Assembly (NCBI RefSeq): GCF_009914755.1 | Contig: NC_060929.1 | Length of the DNA: 64,000 nucleotides | DNA from: the human T2T-CHM13v2.0 reference genome, Homo sapiens | Reading direction: 5' to 3' (one strand) | Shown: positions 47,070 through 60,217 of the stretch, in pieces | How the letters are laid out: every line of letters begins with the position of its first letter | Position numbering within the stretch: the first letter of the stretch is position 1 | Position numbers and translations under genes: made by a program | The notes under the pieces: generated by a model | What the model saw: the letters and a program-made list of their open reading frames with translations, nothing else | Databases searched by the model: none | Told to the model about the DNA's origin: nothing

Positions 47070-50000
47070 TCAAAGAGTGCTTTTAACGTAAAAAGTGGAA
47101 TATAAGTGACTATGAAGTTCATAACAATTTCTAAAAAATGAAAATAAAAGCATAAAGTAGTTGCTTTCTTTAGATAGGGAATCTTATAAGAGATATGAAA
47201 TTCAACATCTACTGTACTTTAAGCCTATATCTTATTGATAATTTAAAATTATAATTAGTGTTCTTGGGACTGAATGCTACATAGAAAACTAAATATGCAC
47301 ATATGTATGAGATGTGAGATGCTGCTGCAGGAGAGAAATACCCTATTTTTAAAGCAAAAAAAAAAAATCTTAGTGAAGTCTATCCTTTCATTTATATGTC
47401 TCATGTAAATTACACATAATTTTAAATCTTCAACACGTCGAAAATGTCCAGGTCTCATGGCACTTCTTTATTATCTTCGATTTTTCACTTGGCCATGGCA
47501 ATGGAGGCTTTCTAGAAATATTTAGGAATTAAAAATGATATACTTCAAATTGAACTAAGAAATGACCACTAGACAAAAATTAATTTTTATTTATATAATC
47601 TGGTTAAAAAATATATGATTTTTCTACTCTAAAGGCATTTTCTTATGCAGTAACACCACAAAAATAGCTTAAGTTTAAAATAGTGGATTTCCCATATGGT
47701 TAGTCCACAGCAAGATAAAGTTGTAAATGAGGGGACTATGTGAAGAAAACATAAAAAAGCCTTAAGGGCACATGCAAAAAATGTGATATTGCATGATTTA
47801 CATACACAATTTTATGCCCCAAAATTCAAAGAGAAAAACTTAATATGTCATAACTTAAACTGTATTTCATATAAAGTATTCCTGATTACGTATTTAACTC
47901 AAAGATACATAACTCAATTTAGAGCATAATGTGGGAGAGGAGTTAGTAAGAATCTAACCTTTTGCATTTCTTGACTTTTTTGGGCTTGTGGTAATGTTGT
48001 ATTTATAGAGATTCTACACTTTCAAATTTAAGTCTTGAAATGTCAAAAAAAATCCCAAAGCTGAGATCTCACAGAAGGTGATTTTTAACAGTCCTTAAAA
48101 GTAAAGACTTATGATCTTCTGACAACTGGAGCTTTCACATTTTAAGATTTAAAAATTTCAGTCCTAATATTACATAAGCATACACATCGACACACTTTCA
48201 AAGATTCCATCATCTTTGATAGGCCTGGAACGAAGAGGAAAATAAGAAAACAAAAAGTTGTGAGGTTCAGGAATACTGTTTAAGTATAAATATAAAGAAG
48301 TAAATACTTAAAAACTCTTGTGTATTTAAAGGTGGTCTCTTATAAGAATATATTTCCAATGTAAATCACAACATCTAGTTAATTTTTGATTATTTGTCAT
48401 AATAAAAAATGGAGATTCCCCCAATATTTTAGAGTTATAACTAGAAGAAACAGAGTCTCAGAGAACTTAAGTGATTTGATCAAGATCATAATTGCTAGTT
48501 AGTTTTAGAGTTATGTCTGGAATATACCAAGTATCTTGTCTTCAAGTTTCTCCTCACTCTCATAGCTAAAATTTTCAACATAATTCTTGGAATTCATTTA
48601 TTTTCAATGTATCCTGCTATCATCCATGTAATTACAGGTATGCCACAAACTGTTTAGTTTTCTCATCACTTTCAAGTCAACAAGTATTTTTCTACCACCT
48701 ACTATCAGCCAGATTTAGAGATTACAATGATGGTAAGACAAAGGTTAATCTGATTATTGGGTATTTTATGGTCTCATGAGGGAAAGAGGATTGGCAAACA
48801 AGTATCATTAAAGGCACTACTTAATTTGACCAGAAAGGTGTCAAAGTCAAAGGTAACATTCGGTTTCTGATTACCAAGATTAAAGACAGGGTCTGGACTA
48901 AATGATGTCTCAGTACCTTTCTAATGAAGTTTTGAGTTTTATCTTTCCCTTTCTTCTATTGTTTCTTAGATAGATTTATAAATAAGTAGGTAATTGATAA
49001 GACCAAAATTTCCAGTAATTTCAGTGGAACACAGTGATATGTTTATGAATAGGTACACAATGAACAAAGCCTTTTATCTGCAAATAAGTTTGTGAAATTA
49101 TGGATTTCTCTGGCACAGGCCTTTAATGTGTTAATGTGTAGTGTATCTCCAAGAAGAAGATTTTATATGTAATGTTTCCTTTTTTTTCCAGTCAAGAAAA
49201 AAAAATCCCCCAAATAGGTGCTTTTATTACTATTTTGAGCTCTCAGAATTACTATTCCCAGTTGTATAGTTTGGGAAACACTAGCTCCAGACTGTTGTAA
49301 TATTCTAACTGGTCTTCTGAAACAACGCGTCCTACACATGCACTGGCAAGATAATCCCCCTAAAGAGTTGCTTTCATCAAATTTCCCTGTTCCAAAACCT
49401 CCAGTGACTCTATGTGGCCTATAAATTAAACTTAAAACTCTTTAGACTCTCTAGAGATACTGCTTGTAAATTTCTCTGTAACTTTTTCTCTCACAGTTTC
49501 CTTAAACTCCAGTCACAATGCTGCTGAGTTTACTGTCGTCTGCCTTAGTTCCCACCCACTACTTTTCTGTGCCTAGAATGCCTTCCCCTCTCCACAAAAT
49601 TACCAGTTACTTCTCTGATAAAACCCAGTTTGGGCTCTATCTTCTCAACAAATTAGCACAGTATGCAAACTCTAAGCTACCTGAACCACATTTTGTAAAA
49701 TTGTTATCTTTTTTATTGCTATTTTTCTTTTAAGTATATATTTTCTGCCCCTTGTGGCTACATTGCATAAGTTCACCGAGGCCAGGCACAAGCCTCGCAT
49801 TCCAGAATTTAGAATATTCTTTTGTACTTAATAGTGTCATTTTAAATGATGACAATGACAAGACTACTGATGACAAAGTAAAAATAAGAAGAAAAGAGAG
49901 GAATCTAAACCAGGAGTCCAAATGGTCATTTACAAACCAAATACAGAGTGGTTTACAAAAATATTAACTAATTTTTCCAAATGTCAAATGGTAACTGCTC

Positions 50001-50572
50001 AGGCAAGAGCTTTCAATTTTGATTTCTGACATATCCTAAATGTAGAATATAAGTGAAATATTTGGTAAATATTGAAATTCCATTATTTAATGTTTTCTTC
50101 ATTTAAATTCTCTTAAGTGGCTTCAGCTTATTTCACATAAAGAAATAGCTTTAATTCAAAATGAGATTTTTATCCCAATGCAGAAGGTTTAAATTAGGAG
50201 GATGATTCAGTAACAAATACTCTAAAATATTACCTGTTATAATTAATAAATTTGGCAAAACATCAAAGTACTAAATAGTTTGTCCCTTAATTTTAGGATA
50301 CAGTCTAACTTAAAAAAAAAAAAAAAAAACATTTCTCACAAGCCATTTGATCTTGCCCACTGGAAAAAATGTGTGTGGCTTACTAATATTTGTCATTGCA
50401 ATATTAGTCCTGAAATTTGGATAAAATTTAACTTCAGATAACACAAGGTCTTGGTGACTTCCCACCTTGTAAAAAGTCCCAGTTTTTAGATATAAAATTT
50501 CCCTGAATTTCTCTTTTTCTAGTAACTGAAAGAAAGGAACAGCTCTTGAATAAATTTTGATTAGGCAAAAAG

Positions 50573-51881
50573 TTTTTTTTTTTTTTTTACTTTATTAAAA
50601 TACTGAGTTTTATTTCACATGTATATTTTTGTCTCCCCACCATTTCCATGTCTGACCACCGCTAGTACTATGTCCTATCATAACATTCCATACATACTTA
50701 AAACCAAGCAAAGGGTGGAGTTGATCTTTAAAAACTAAACAGGCATTTTGGACAACACATTCTTGGCAATAGAACCTGGACAACATTTATCAAACACGGT
50801 AGAGAAAGTTCTCACTCTGCATTATAAAAAGGACAGCCAGATATCAACTGTTAACAGAAATGAAATAAGACGGAAAATTTTTAACAAATTGTTTAAACTA
50901 TTTTCTTAAAGAGACTTCCTCCACTGCCAGAGATCTTGAATAGCCTCTTGGTTAGTCATCCGGAAGCAATTCTTCACATAATTGATGAATTTGGCTTCCA
51001 CTTTGGGAAGAGAACCACCTTTTTCTATACTTGCTTGCATTTTTGCTTTAATGTCTTCTACAGAACTAGGTCCTTTTGGTGTTTTAGGAGTTTTTTCCTG
51101 TTTTTTGAAGGATTCTTGTCCTTTTGATCTTGGTGTTGATGGTTTTGAGTCTTTTCCATTCTGATTTGACTTTTGTGCATTTTTGGCTGGAGTATCTCGT
51201 ATAGATTTCTTCACTGGCGCTTTTTCTTCAGCTTCCTCATCATCAAAATCATCATCATCATCATCTTCATCATCATCCTCTTCATCATCATCGTCATCAT
51301 CTTCATCAGCAGCAAGTTTTACTTTTTTCTGTGGAACCTTGCTACCACCTCCAGGGGCAGACCGCTTTCCAGATATACTTCAGAGTTTCACATCCTCCTC
51401 CTCTTCATCTTCTGACTCTGCATCTTCCTCCACAGCTACTAAGTGCTGTCCACTAATATGCACTGGCCCTGAACCACACTTCAACCTTAAGACCACTGGT
51501 GGTGTTATTTCAAAGCCCCCAAGGGAAACTGTTGGCTGTACAGACATTTTCAAAGTTGCCAGTGTTACTTTAATTGGACTGCCTTCGTAATTCATGGCCT
51601 CTGCTTCAACAATGTGCAGTTCATCCTTTGCACCAGCCCTAAACTGGCCGTTCTTAAGGATAACTGGCGCTCATTTTCATCATTATCCACCTTAAAGTGA
51701 TCATCTTTGTCGGCCTTTAGTTCACAACCGAAAAGATAGTTCTGGGGCCTCAGGGGGCTCATGTCCATGTCCATCGAATCTTCCATCGGGTGGCGGCACG
51801 CACTTAGGTAGGAGAGAAGGCGGACGGAGATAAAACAACGCTGCTGCAGAGAACAGCCGCGCAGGACGGAATCACACCAGG
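50573..51881 (-). pseudogene. NPM1: Processed nucleophosmin pseudogene (5'UTR, CDS remnant 51786-50906, 3'UTR, poly(A))
   Basis: Translations match NPM1 ([28 protein letters not shown]...; [23 protein letters not shown]...; ...[13 protein letters not shown]). No introns. 16-nt poly(A) at 50573-50588. TSD aggcaaaaagtttttttttt at 50563 and 51879. 1-nt deletion near 51637-51640 and Leu>TGA at 51380-51382. The symbol given is that of the parent gene. Confidence 0.98.
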
Positions 51882-52294
51882 CAAAAAGTTTTTTTTTTAA
51901 AGATATATATTTTGAACCAGAGATGAAAATGAATTCCTTTTAAGATGTAAAAATAACATTACCCTTTCTGAATATACAGTATGTATTTTTAAAGAAACTG
52001 TATTATATTTCAATAGTTTAGTAATTCTTGTCAATGTTATTAATTACTTTAATTATGTCTAGTACTTGCATTAATACGTGCATACTTTCTCCCTTTTTAC
52101 AAAACCTCTATTAGAGGCTCTGGAAGGTGTAAGCCATGATAGCAATGACCGTGTCAAACTCTTTTTCTCTGTAACTCAGGGCCTAGGACTGTGCCTGGCA
52201 CATAGCAGACACTTGATACATATTTGTTAAATAAATGGGTAGCTGGAACATATGCTCCATGAGGAAAATGAATGTATTTGCATGTTGTTAGTTA

Positions 52295-52490
52295 GGAATC
52301 TGGCCCTGGGAGTCAGAATTGCAGTGTTTGAGTCAGGCTGCATTATTTCCTAGCTGTGAGAGCTCTCTAAATCTATTCCCTCACTTGCAAAGTGGAATGA
52401 TATTAGAATCTGACTCATATTGTTACGTGAGGATTAATCGACATAAATACCTGACACATGGGTAGCACTCAATACAGGCTAGCTGTTATT
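52295..52490 (+). mobile_element. MIR SINE relic
   Basis: ggagtcaga, ctcacttgcaaagtggaatgatattagaatctgactcat, gtgaggattaa. Confidence 0.65.
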
Positions 52491-54919
52491 ATCATTATCA
52501 ACATCATCACTATCTTCTTCATTTTTCTTGTTTACTACTTATCTCCTGTTTTAAGCACATAACATATGCTCAATAAAAATTTGTTAAATAGAGAAATGAA
52601 TCAATGAAGTGTAGCTTACCTGTATACACAAATATGTTTTGCTACCCTCAGTATACATTTTGTCAGGATTCAGACAAATAGTAAAAAATTTTAAAGCACA
52701 ACTTAAAGTTAGTGTGATTGAGTTTTATTTATTTGAATCTGTTTTTAAGAGATCCAGTCACACAGTCCCTTGGAGAATAGAGTTCTTTTTATTTCCTTTT
52801 TGAATTTCTGGTATATGTAACACAGATGTTTGCATCATTTGTACTAAAAAACATCCTAGTTAGCAACCAAGTCACATAGGTAAAAATTAAAACAAATGAC
52901 CACAGACTAAAGAGGGGGTAAACAGTGCCACTCTCATGATATTTAACTACTTTATCTTAACAAACCAGTTTGTAGCATTTATATTTGTTACAATATTGCT
53001 GTACGTTGAAGTGTTATAGTGAGGATCATTGCTTTTACACCTTCTAATTTAAAACTTCAGTTGAAATTGTGCAAGTAGCAACTAAAGAGTTATATTTCTG
53101 TAAAGTGCCTCATTGTGAGCAGACAACAGAAATAAGTCTCAGGTCATATGGCTCTGAGGTATTTAATTCATCAATGACTTACATCCTTTTAGATCTCATG
53201 TTTGTAATATTTCTCATCAGAAATGTCCTATATTAAAGAGTACTGATATGTTTTCTAATTTATTTTGAGCTTCACTCTGCAAAGATGCTATCAGATTATA
53301 AAATAGCCTGGTTATATTTAAGGCTTATATTAGTTTTTTTAAATTTATAAAATCAATGTAAACTTTAGCAGCAAAGAATTTAGGTTTTCTCTTTTTAAAG
53401 ACAACATAAGTAATGAATAATTAATTTGAGTGGGTGAAGAAAGGAAGGATAAAAGACTCTGATAATAATCTTAAATTCCTCCATTTACTTGTTTACATTC
53501 TTTGTACAATTATTTTCCATTTCCACTGTATTTTCCAGACTGAAAAAAAGTTAAAAATCTTATAAAATATTCACAAGCCCTTCCTCTTCCCCATGACATT
53601 TCCCACCAATGTACTGAAAAAAAGAACTGCAAGTTCTAAAAGCTGATTCTCTAAGTGAGTGGTTCTAAAAAATCTTAGCTGTTAGTTTGTTCACTACAAA
53701 ATAACCAGAGGGTGCTTAAGCCTCACCCAGGATTTACTGCTTCTCATGTCTTGGTGACTGAATGGACACATGTGTCAAGGTGAGAGGAAACAGAACTAAC
53801 CAGTATTTGCTCATCTATCTAATCCAACTTCTTTCTATTTTCTTCTCTCCTTCCTTGCCTCTTTCTACTTTCCCAGGCCTTGAGTATGGGCTTCTTATAT
53901 GTATTCCCAACCCTTCTGGGGTTCTAGAAACAAGTTCATGTTGAAGCTGCCTGGTCATTTATTCTGGACCAAGGCTGCCAAAATTCCAAATCTTAACTTG
54001 AAAGAAATACTAAACAAATACCAATTTTAAAGCATATATAAATCATCTCCCTCTAATATAATAAAGGCAAAAATGTACTGACTATGTGTTAGGCATCAGC
54101 TAAGTGCTTTACATATATTATTAGCTGCTATCACATATTAAAAAAGAACCCAAACACAAATATTTTTCCAGAAGCAAGTGGAGGTGGGGAGGGTGGTATT
54201 ATTCTGATTCTGACTTCATTCACATTTTTTGATAAACTGACTTTTTATTCTTTAGTAACTGGGGATGAGTCTCTCAAAAATAAATAAAGGTTGACAAAGG
54301 TGTTGGTGAAAGAAGTCTCAGATATTCAAAAGATGCTTCTTTCTACTCAAGTCCAACTGTAATCCTGGGAGTCTTCAACATTCCCATGAATAACCTATCC
54401 AAGGGTCTGACTGCTAGATTCCTTGATCTACAATGCCCCTTTCTTCCAGTCTATTTCACCTGCCTGTTCTTGACATTTTACTCTGGACATTGCAGCATTC
54501 TTTTGAAACAATAAATTTAGACATTCCCCCAATTTGACCACAACCTCCTATCTTTTTAACCATCTTACTAAAATAATTCCCTTTCTTACCTTAAAAAAAA
54601 TCTTTACGGCTTCCAGTCCATTTATCCTTTCCTTTCTTCCTATTAGCCCTTGTTTTGTTTTCACTTCTCAACCTTTGCTGGAAGATCATGGTCCAACATT
54701 TCATTGTGTTTTCCTAATCTGCTAGGCCCCACTGTCCATTTAAGGTACTTGCCTGAAACACTCCAAGGTTGGATAAACCCAGCTGACTGGCTTGTCCCTG
54801 GCTAACAGATTGTTGCTCCTACAAACAAATCATCATCAACCACAACTCAGCCCTCAACATTGTTCAGCCATTGTACTACGTAATTCTAGACAACTCTCCA
54901 AATGTTATCATTTAAAAGT

Positions 54920-55885
54920 TAAAAAAAAATCATAAAGGCACTAAAAGAAAATAAAAGAGAACATATGCATAATTGTGGGGAGGGACTTATGGCATGACAA
55001 TAAGAGTGGAAACTAAAAAAAAACTGCATTTTTGGCTACATAAAAACGAAAAACGTTGGCTTAGAAAAAAACCTTAACAAACTCCATAAGCAAAGCAAAA
55101 AGATAAAAAGGCAACTAGGCAAAAATGTACCACATACAATAAGGACTATTATCCATCATATATAAAGAACTCCTACTAATCAATAAAGAATTGACAAAGA
55201 CTCAATTGACAAGAAAGACCTGGTAATGTATGAGATAAATATAAATGGTCAATAATTAATAAAAATATGCTCAACCTCACTGCTTACCAAATAAATACAA
55301 ATTTAATTGATTTTTTGCAGAATAACAAAGATTAAAATAACACTTAAGACATAAATGTAAACTTGTATAACTATTTTGCAGAACAATTTGGCTATAATTT
55401 TCCAAACTAAATACATGTTTACCTTTTGACCTAGAAATTTCACTTTTTGAAATTTATTTTACAGAAACACTAGCAAAAATGTACAAAGATACTTACTTCA
55501 AAACTGTTAATATTAGCCAAAAAAGGAAGAAAAATGAGTAACTTTCAATAGATACTGTCCAATGGTGGCATAGTCAATTAATTAAATGCAATATGGTTGC
55601 TAAAAAGAAGAAAGTTGTATCTACATACTACTACATGAAAAATATCCAAACTAAAATAGGCAATATGTACATTTTTTTGGTAAATAGAACGTATTATTTT
55701 TATAATTGGAAAAAAGCAATAAAAGGAAAATCAAGTTATAGGACAATGTGCATATGAGTCTGTTTATTTGGAAGTCTGTGCACACTGCTATTAATAGAAA
55801 CAGATTATTTCTCAGGGGTGGTATGCTTAGGGAATTTAATTTCATCACTTGAATTTTTTTTAGAATGGCCATTTTAAAATAAAAA
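54920..55885 (+). mobile_element. Old L1ME 3' region relic
   Basis: atatataaagaactcctactaatcaataa, atgctcaacctcact, taccttttgacctagaaatttcactt motifs. Confidence 0.7.
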
Positions 55886-56034
55886 ATGTAGATATTTTTA
55901 TTTGTAAAACGAAGCCTAACTTACATTCTTCACTTTTTAAACCTCAGATTGCAATCTTCCCTTTTCTTTCTTCACCTGGTCTCCTACTTCCAGGCAAAAC
56001 CAAAATTTATCAGAATGGAATTCTTTAACTTTTC

Positions 56035-56342
56035 TTTTCTATTCTTTTTTTTTTTTCTTTGAGATAGAGTCTTGCTCTGTCACCCAGGCTGGAGTGCAGT
56101 GGCATGATCTTGGCTCACTGAAACCTCCATCTCCTGGGTTCAAGTGATTCTCCTGCCTCAGCCTCCCAAGTAGCTGGGAATACAGGCGTGCGCCACCATA
56201 CCTGGCTAATTTTTGTATTTTTAGTAGAGACAGGGTTTCACCATGTTGGCCAGGCTGGTCTCAAACCTCTGACCTTAGGTGATCCACCTGCCTCGGCCTC
56301 CTAAAGTGCTGGGATTACAGGCGTAAGCCACCGCGCCTGGCC
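56035..56342 (-). mobile_element. AluSx-like SINE
   Basis: Perfect 15-bp TSD attctttaacttttc at 56020-56034 and 56343-56357. Confidence 0.95.
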
Positions 56343-56689
56343 ATTCTTTAACTTTTCACTACCAAATCTGAAGACCTGTCAGCATTAGGCTCGTGCTCCT
56401 TCTTTCTAAAGGCAAATTTTCTCCCAAATTAAGCTCTCAATCAAATCCTGCCTTATCTTCAAACGCATTTCCATTCTATAGCCTAATTATCTGCATCTTC
56501 ACATTCGGACTAGCTATTTATACAATTTATAATCATTCAGGTCTCTTTCATCTTAAACAAATAAACTAAAACCTCTGTTGATTCCTCCTTTTCTTCCAGT
56601 TGTTTCAAAAGTTTTCCTTTCTCCTTCATAGTCATTTCCTTTTCTTTTTAAAAAATTGTGTTTATTTATATAATAATCTCTCTCCCGAG

Positions 56690-57450
56690 CCTCAGCCAAT
56701 ATATTTAATAGTTTAGTGTCCATTTCTACTTGGAGGTTTTGCAGGCACCTCAAACTCAGCATGCCAAAACTGAACTCATCATTCTCCTAAAAATATTTTC
56801 TCTGTTAATGAGAGGCATCCACACAATTGCCCAAACCAAAAGCCTGGACACCAAACTGATGCTTCTGCCCTATTACCCATGAAAGCTGATCAATATTCAG
56901 GACCCACTGAGTTTCCTAAATAGCTCTCACATCAAATGATTTTTTCCATCTCCACTGCCTCATCCAGGTCATCATGATTTAACCAGCCTTGCTTTTAGTC
57001 CTGTAACTCTCTTAATCCATTACCCTTATCACAGCTAGACTGTTCACTGAAAAATTCAAATCTAATCATATTATATTCCCTTTCTTAGAATCCCTTTTCC
57101 AAGTTTTTACAAGGCTGAGAAAGCTCTCCATGACCTGGCTCCTGCTTATTTCTCTAGGGTTATTTCTTTTTATTGTCCTACCCTCATACTCTATTCTCCA
57201 GCAATACCGGACTTTTTTTCGGTTGTCAAATGTACCACATATTCTCTTGCCTTTGCTTGGAACTCAAAACAATTTCTGTGCCACCACCCTCATCCCCTAC
57301 ACATAATTTTACTCTCACTGACCTGGAATGGCTAACTTACATTTTTTGGGCCTTTACTTTTCAAGAGCAGGGGCTGTACTTGTTGTGAAGGTTGTGTCCT
57401 TAGCACCTAGTATAGAACCTGGCACATGGCAAGTGCTGAGTGGCTGAATA
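56690..57450 (+). mobile_element. L2 LINE 3' region
   Basis: caggcacctcaaactcagcatgccaaaactgaactcatc ... tagcacctagtatagaacctggcacatggcaagtgct. Confidence 0.78.
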
Positions 57451-57766
57451 TAAGTGAAGGGTATTATATAAAAAACTGGCATTAAAAGGGCTGATGAATT
57501 GTTAAAAGTTTTACTGCCATCACCAGACTAGGCCAAGTTAGTTTCCCATACTGCTAAGACGCAGCATTCTCCTACAGATCTGACCGCATAACTGAGGAAG
57601 ATATTTATCTGGAGTCAAGCCAGTCCTTAGACTCACCTTTTGCTCTTTTCTTTTACCTTCAAATCCAGCAGAAATGGGTCAGAAATGTGGATATGTGGCA
57701 GATATTCAAAATTATTTGTCTAGAAACAAAATTAAAAGTTTCACCCTAGAAAACTTGTTTTCTCTC

Positions 57767-57872
57767 TTTTTTTTTTTTGAGACGGAGTTTCGCTCTTGTT
57801 GTCCGGGCTGGAGTGTAATGGTGCAATCTCAGCTCACCACAACTTCTGCCTCCTGGGTTCAAGTGATTCTCC
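57767..57872 (-). mobile_element. Alu (Sp/Sq-like) 3' fragment abutting the L1 5' end
   Basis: Poly-T, gagacggagtttcgctcttgttg...ggttcaagtgattctcc, then an abrupt switch to L1 5'UTR. Confidence 0.92.
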
Positions 57873-58234
57873 CAGTGAGATCAATGCAGAAGGTGGGCGA
57901 TTTCTGCATTTCCAACTTTGGTACCCAGCTTATCTCACTGGAACTGGTTAGACAGTGGGTGCAGCCTATGGAGGGTGAGCCGAAGTCAGGTGGGGCATCT
58001 CATCTGGGAAGCCCAAGGGGTTGAAGAACTCCCTCCCCTAGCCAAGGGAAGCCATGAGGGACTGTGTTGTGAGGAATGGTGCATTCCGGCCCAGATACTA
58101 CACTTTTCCCATGGTCTTCACAACCTGCAGACCAGGAGATTCCCTAGAGTGCCTATGCCACCAGGGCCTAAGTTCCAAGCACAAAACTGGGCGGCTGTTT
58201 GGGCAGACAACGAGCTAGCTGCAGGAGTTTCTTT

Positions 58235-58453
58235 TCATACCCCAGTGGCACCTGGAATGCCAGTGAGACAAAACCGTTCAATCCCCTGGAAAAGGGGCTG
58301 AAGCCAGGGAGCCAAGTGGTCTAGCTCAGTGGATCCCACCCCCATGGAGCCCAGCAAGCTAAGATCCATTGGCTTGAAATTCTCACTGCTAGCAGAGCAG
58401 TATGAAGTTGACCTGGGATGCTCCAGCTTGGTGGGGGGAAGGGTGTCCGCCAT
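58235..58453 (-). CDS. Open 72-codon L1 ORF0-like antisense ORF
   Basis: MADTLPPTKLEHPRSTSYCSASSE... aligns by eye to L1HS ORF0 (MAGAPPPASLPPCSLISDCCASNQ...). It lies antisense in the 5'UTR with a good Kozak context (gtaATGG). Expression unknown. Confidence 0.5.
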   Translation of the reverse strand: MADTLPPTKLEHPRSTSYCSASSENFKPMDLSLLGSMGVGSTELDHLAPWLQPLFQGIERFCLTGIPGATGV

Positions 58454-59130
58454 TACTGAGGCTTGAGTAGGCAGTTCTCCCTTCACAGGATTAACAAAGA
58501 TGCCGGGAAGTTCAAACTGGGTGGAGACCACCACAGCTTAGCAAAGCTGAGGTAGCCAGACTGCCTCTCTAAATTCCTCCTCTCTGGGCAGGGCATCTCT
58601 GAAAGAAAGGCAGCAGCCCCAGTCAGGGGCTTATAGATCAAACTCCCATCTCCCTGGGACATAGCACCTGGGGGAAGGGGTGGCTGTGGGTGCAGCTTCA
58701 GCAGAATTAAATGTTCCTGCCTGCTGGCTCTGAAGAGAGCAGCAGATCTCCCAGCACAGCACTTGAGCTCTGCTAAGGGACAGACTACCTCCTCAAGTGA
58801 GTCCCTGACCCTGTGCCTCCTGACTGGGAGCATCTCCCAGCAGGGGTTGATAGACACCTCATACAGGAGAGCTCCGGCTGGCATATGGTGGGATGAAGCT
58901 TCCAGAGGAAGGAACAGACAGCAATCCTTGCTGTTCTGCAGCCTCCGCTGGTGATACCCAGGCAAACAGGGTCTGGAGTGGACCTCCAGCAAACTCCAGC
59001 AGACCTGCAGCAGAGGGGCCTGTTAGAACAAACAGAAGAATAGCATAACATCCAAAAAAAGAACGACCACACAAAAACCCCTTCTGAAGGTCACCAACAT
59101 CAAAGACCAAAGGTACATAAATCCATAAAG

Positions 59131-60153
59131 ATGAGGAAAAACCAGTGCAAAAAGGCTGAAAATTCCAAAAATCAGAATGCCTCTCCTCCTCCAAATGATC
59201 ACAACTCCTGGCCAGCAAGGGAACAAAACAGGATGGAGAATGACTTTGACAAATTGACAGAAGTAGGAGTCAGAAGATGGATAATAACAAACTCCTCTGA
59301 GCTATAGGAGCATGTTCTAGCTCAATGCAAGGAAGCTAAGAACCTTGAAAAAAGGTTAGAGGAATTGCTAACTAGAATAAACAGTTTAGAGAAGAACATA
59401 AATGGCCTGATGGAGCTCAAAAGCACAGCACAAGAACTTCGTGAAGCATATACAAGTATTAACAGCCAAATTGATCAAGCAGAAGGAAGGATATCAGGGA
59501 TTGAACATCAACTTAACGAAATAAAGCATGAAGACAAGATTAGAGAAAAAAGAATGAAAAGGAACAAACAAAGCCTCCAAGAAATATGGGACTATGTGAA
59601 AAGACCAAACCTGCGTTTGACTGGTGTACCTGAAAGTGACGGGGAGAATGGAACCGAGTTGGAAAACACTCTTCAGGATATTATCCAGGAGAAATTCCCC
59701 AACTAGCAAGACAGGCCAACATTCAAATTCAGGAAATACAGAGAACACCACCAAGATACTCCTCGAGAAGAGCAACCCCAAGACACATAATTGTCAGATT
59801 CACCAAGATTGAAATAAAGGAAAAAATGTTAAGGTAGCCAGAGAGAAAGATCAGATTACCCATAAAGGGAAGCCCATCAGAGTAACAGTGAATCTCTCTG
59901 CAGAACCCTACAAGCCAGAAGACTGTGGGGGCCAATATTCAACACTCTTAAATGAAAGAATTTTCAACCCAGAATTTCATACCGAGCCAAACTAAGCTTC
60001 ATAAGCGAAGAAGAAATAAAATCCCTTACAGATAAGCAAATGCTAAGAGATTTTGTCACCACCAGGCCTACCTTACAAGAGCTCCTGAAGGAAGCACTAA
60101 ATATGGAAAGGAAAAACTGGTACCTACCACTGCAAAAACATACCAAATTGTAA
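59131..60153 (+). pseudogene. L1 ORF1p remnant (disrupted)
   Basis: MRKNQCKKAENSK start; SLQEIWDYVKRPNLRL motif; TAG at 59305-59307 and further lesions. Confidence 0.93.
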
Positions 60154-60217
60154 AGACCATCGACACTATAAAGAAACTGCATTAACTAACGGGCAAAATA
60201 ACCAGCTAGCCATCATA

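Noticed and set aside
51183-51590. 135-aa poly-Ser ORF on the + strand
   Set aside because: Antisense shadow of the NPM1 acidic (GAT/GAA) tracts; no independent coding evidence.
50906-51786. Functional NPM1 gene or retrogene
   Set aside because: Intronless, with a frameshift after ~codon 50, an in-frame TGA, poly(A) and TSD; no promoter or CpG island upstream.
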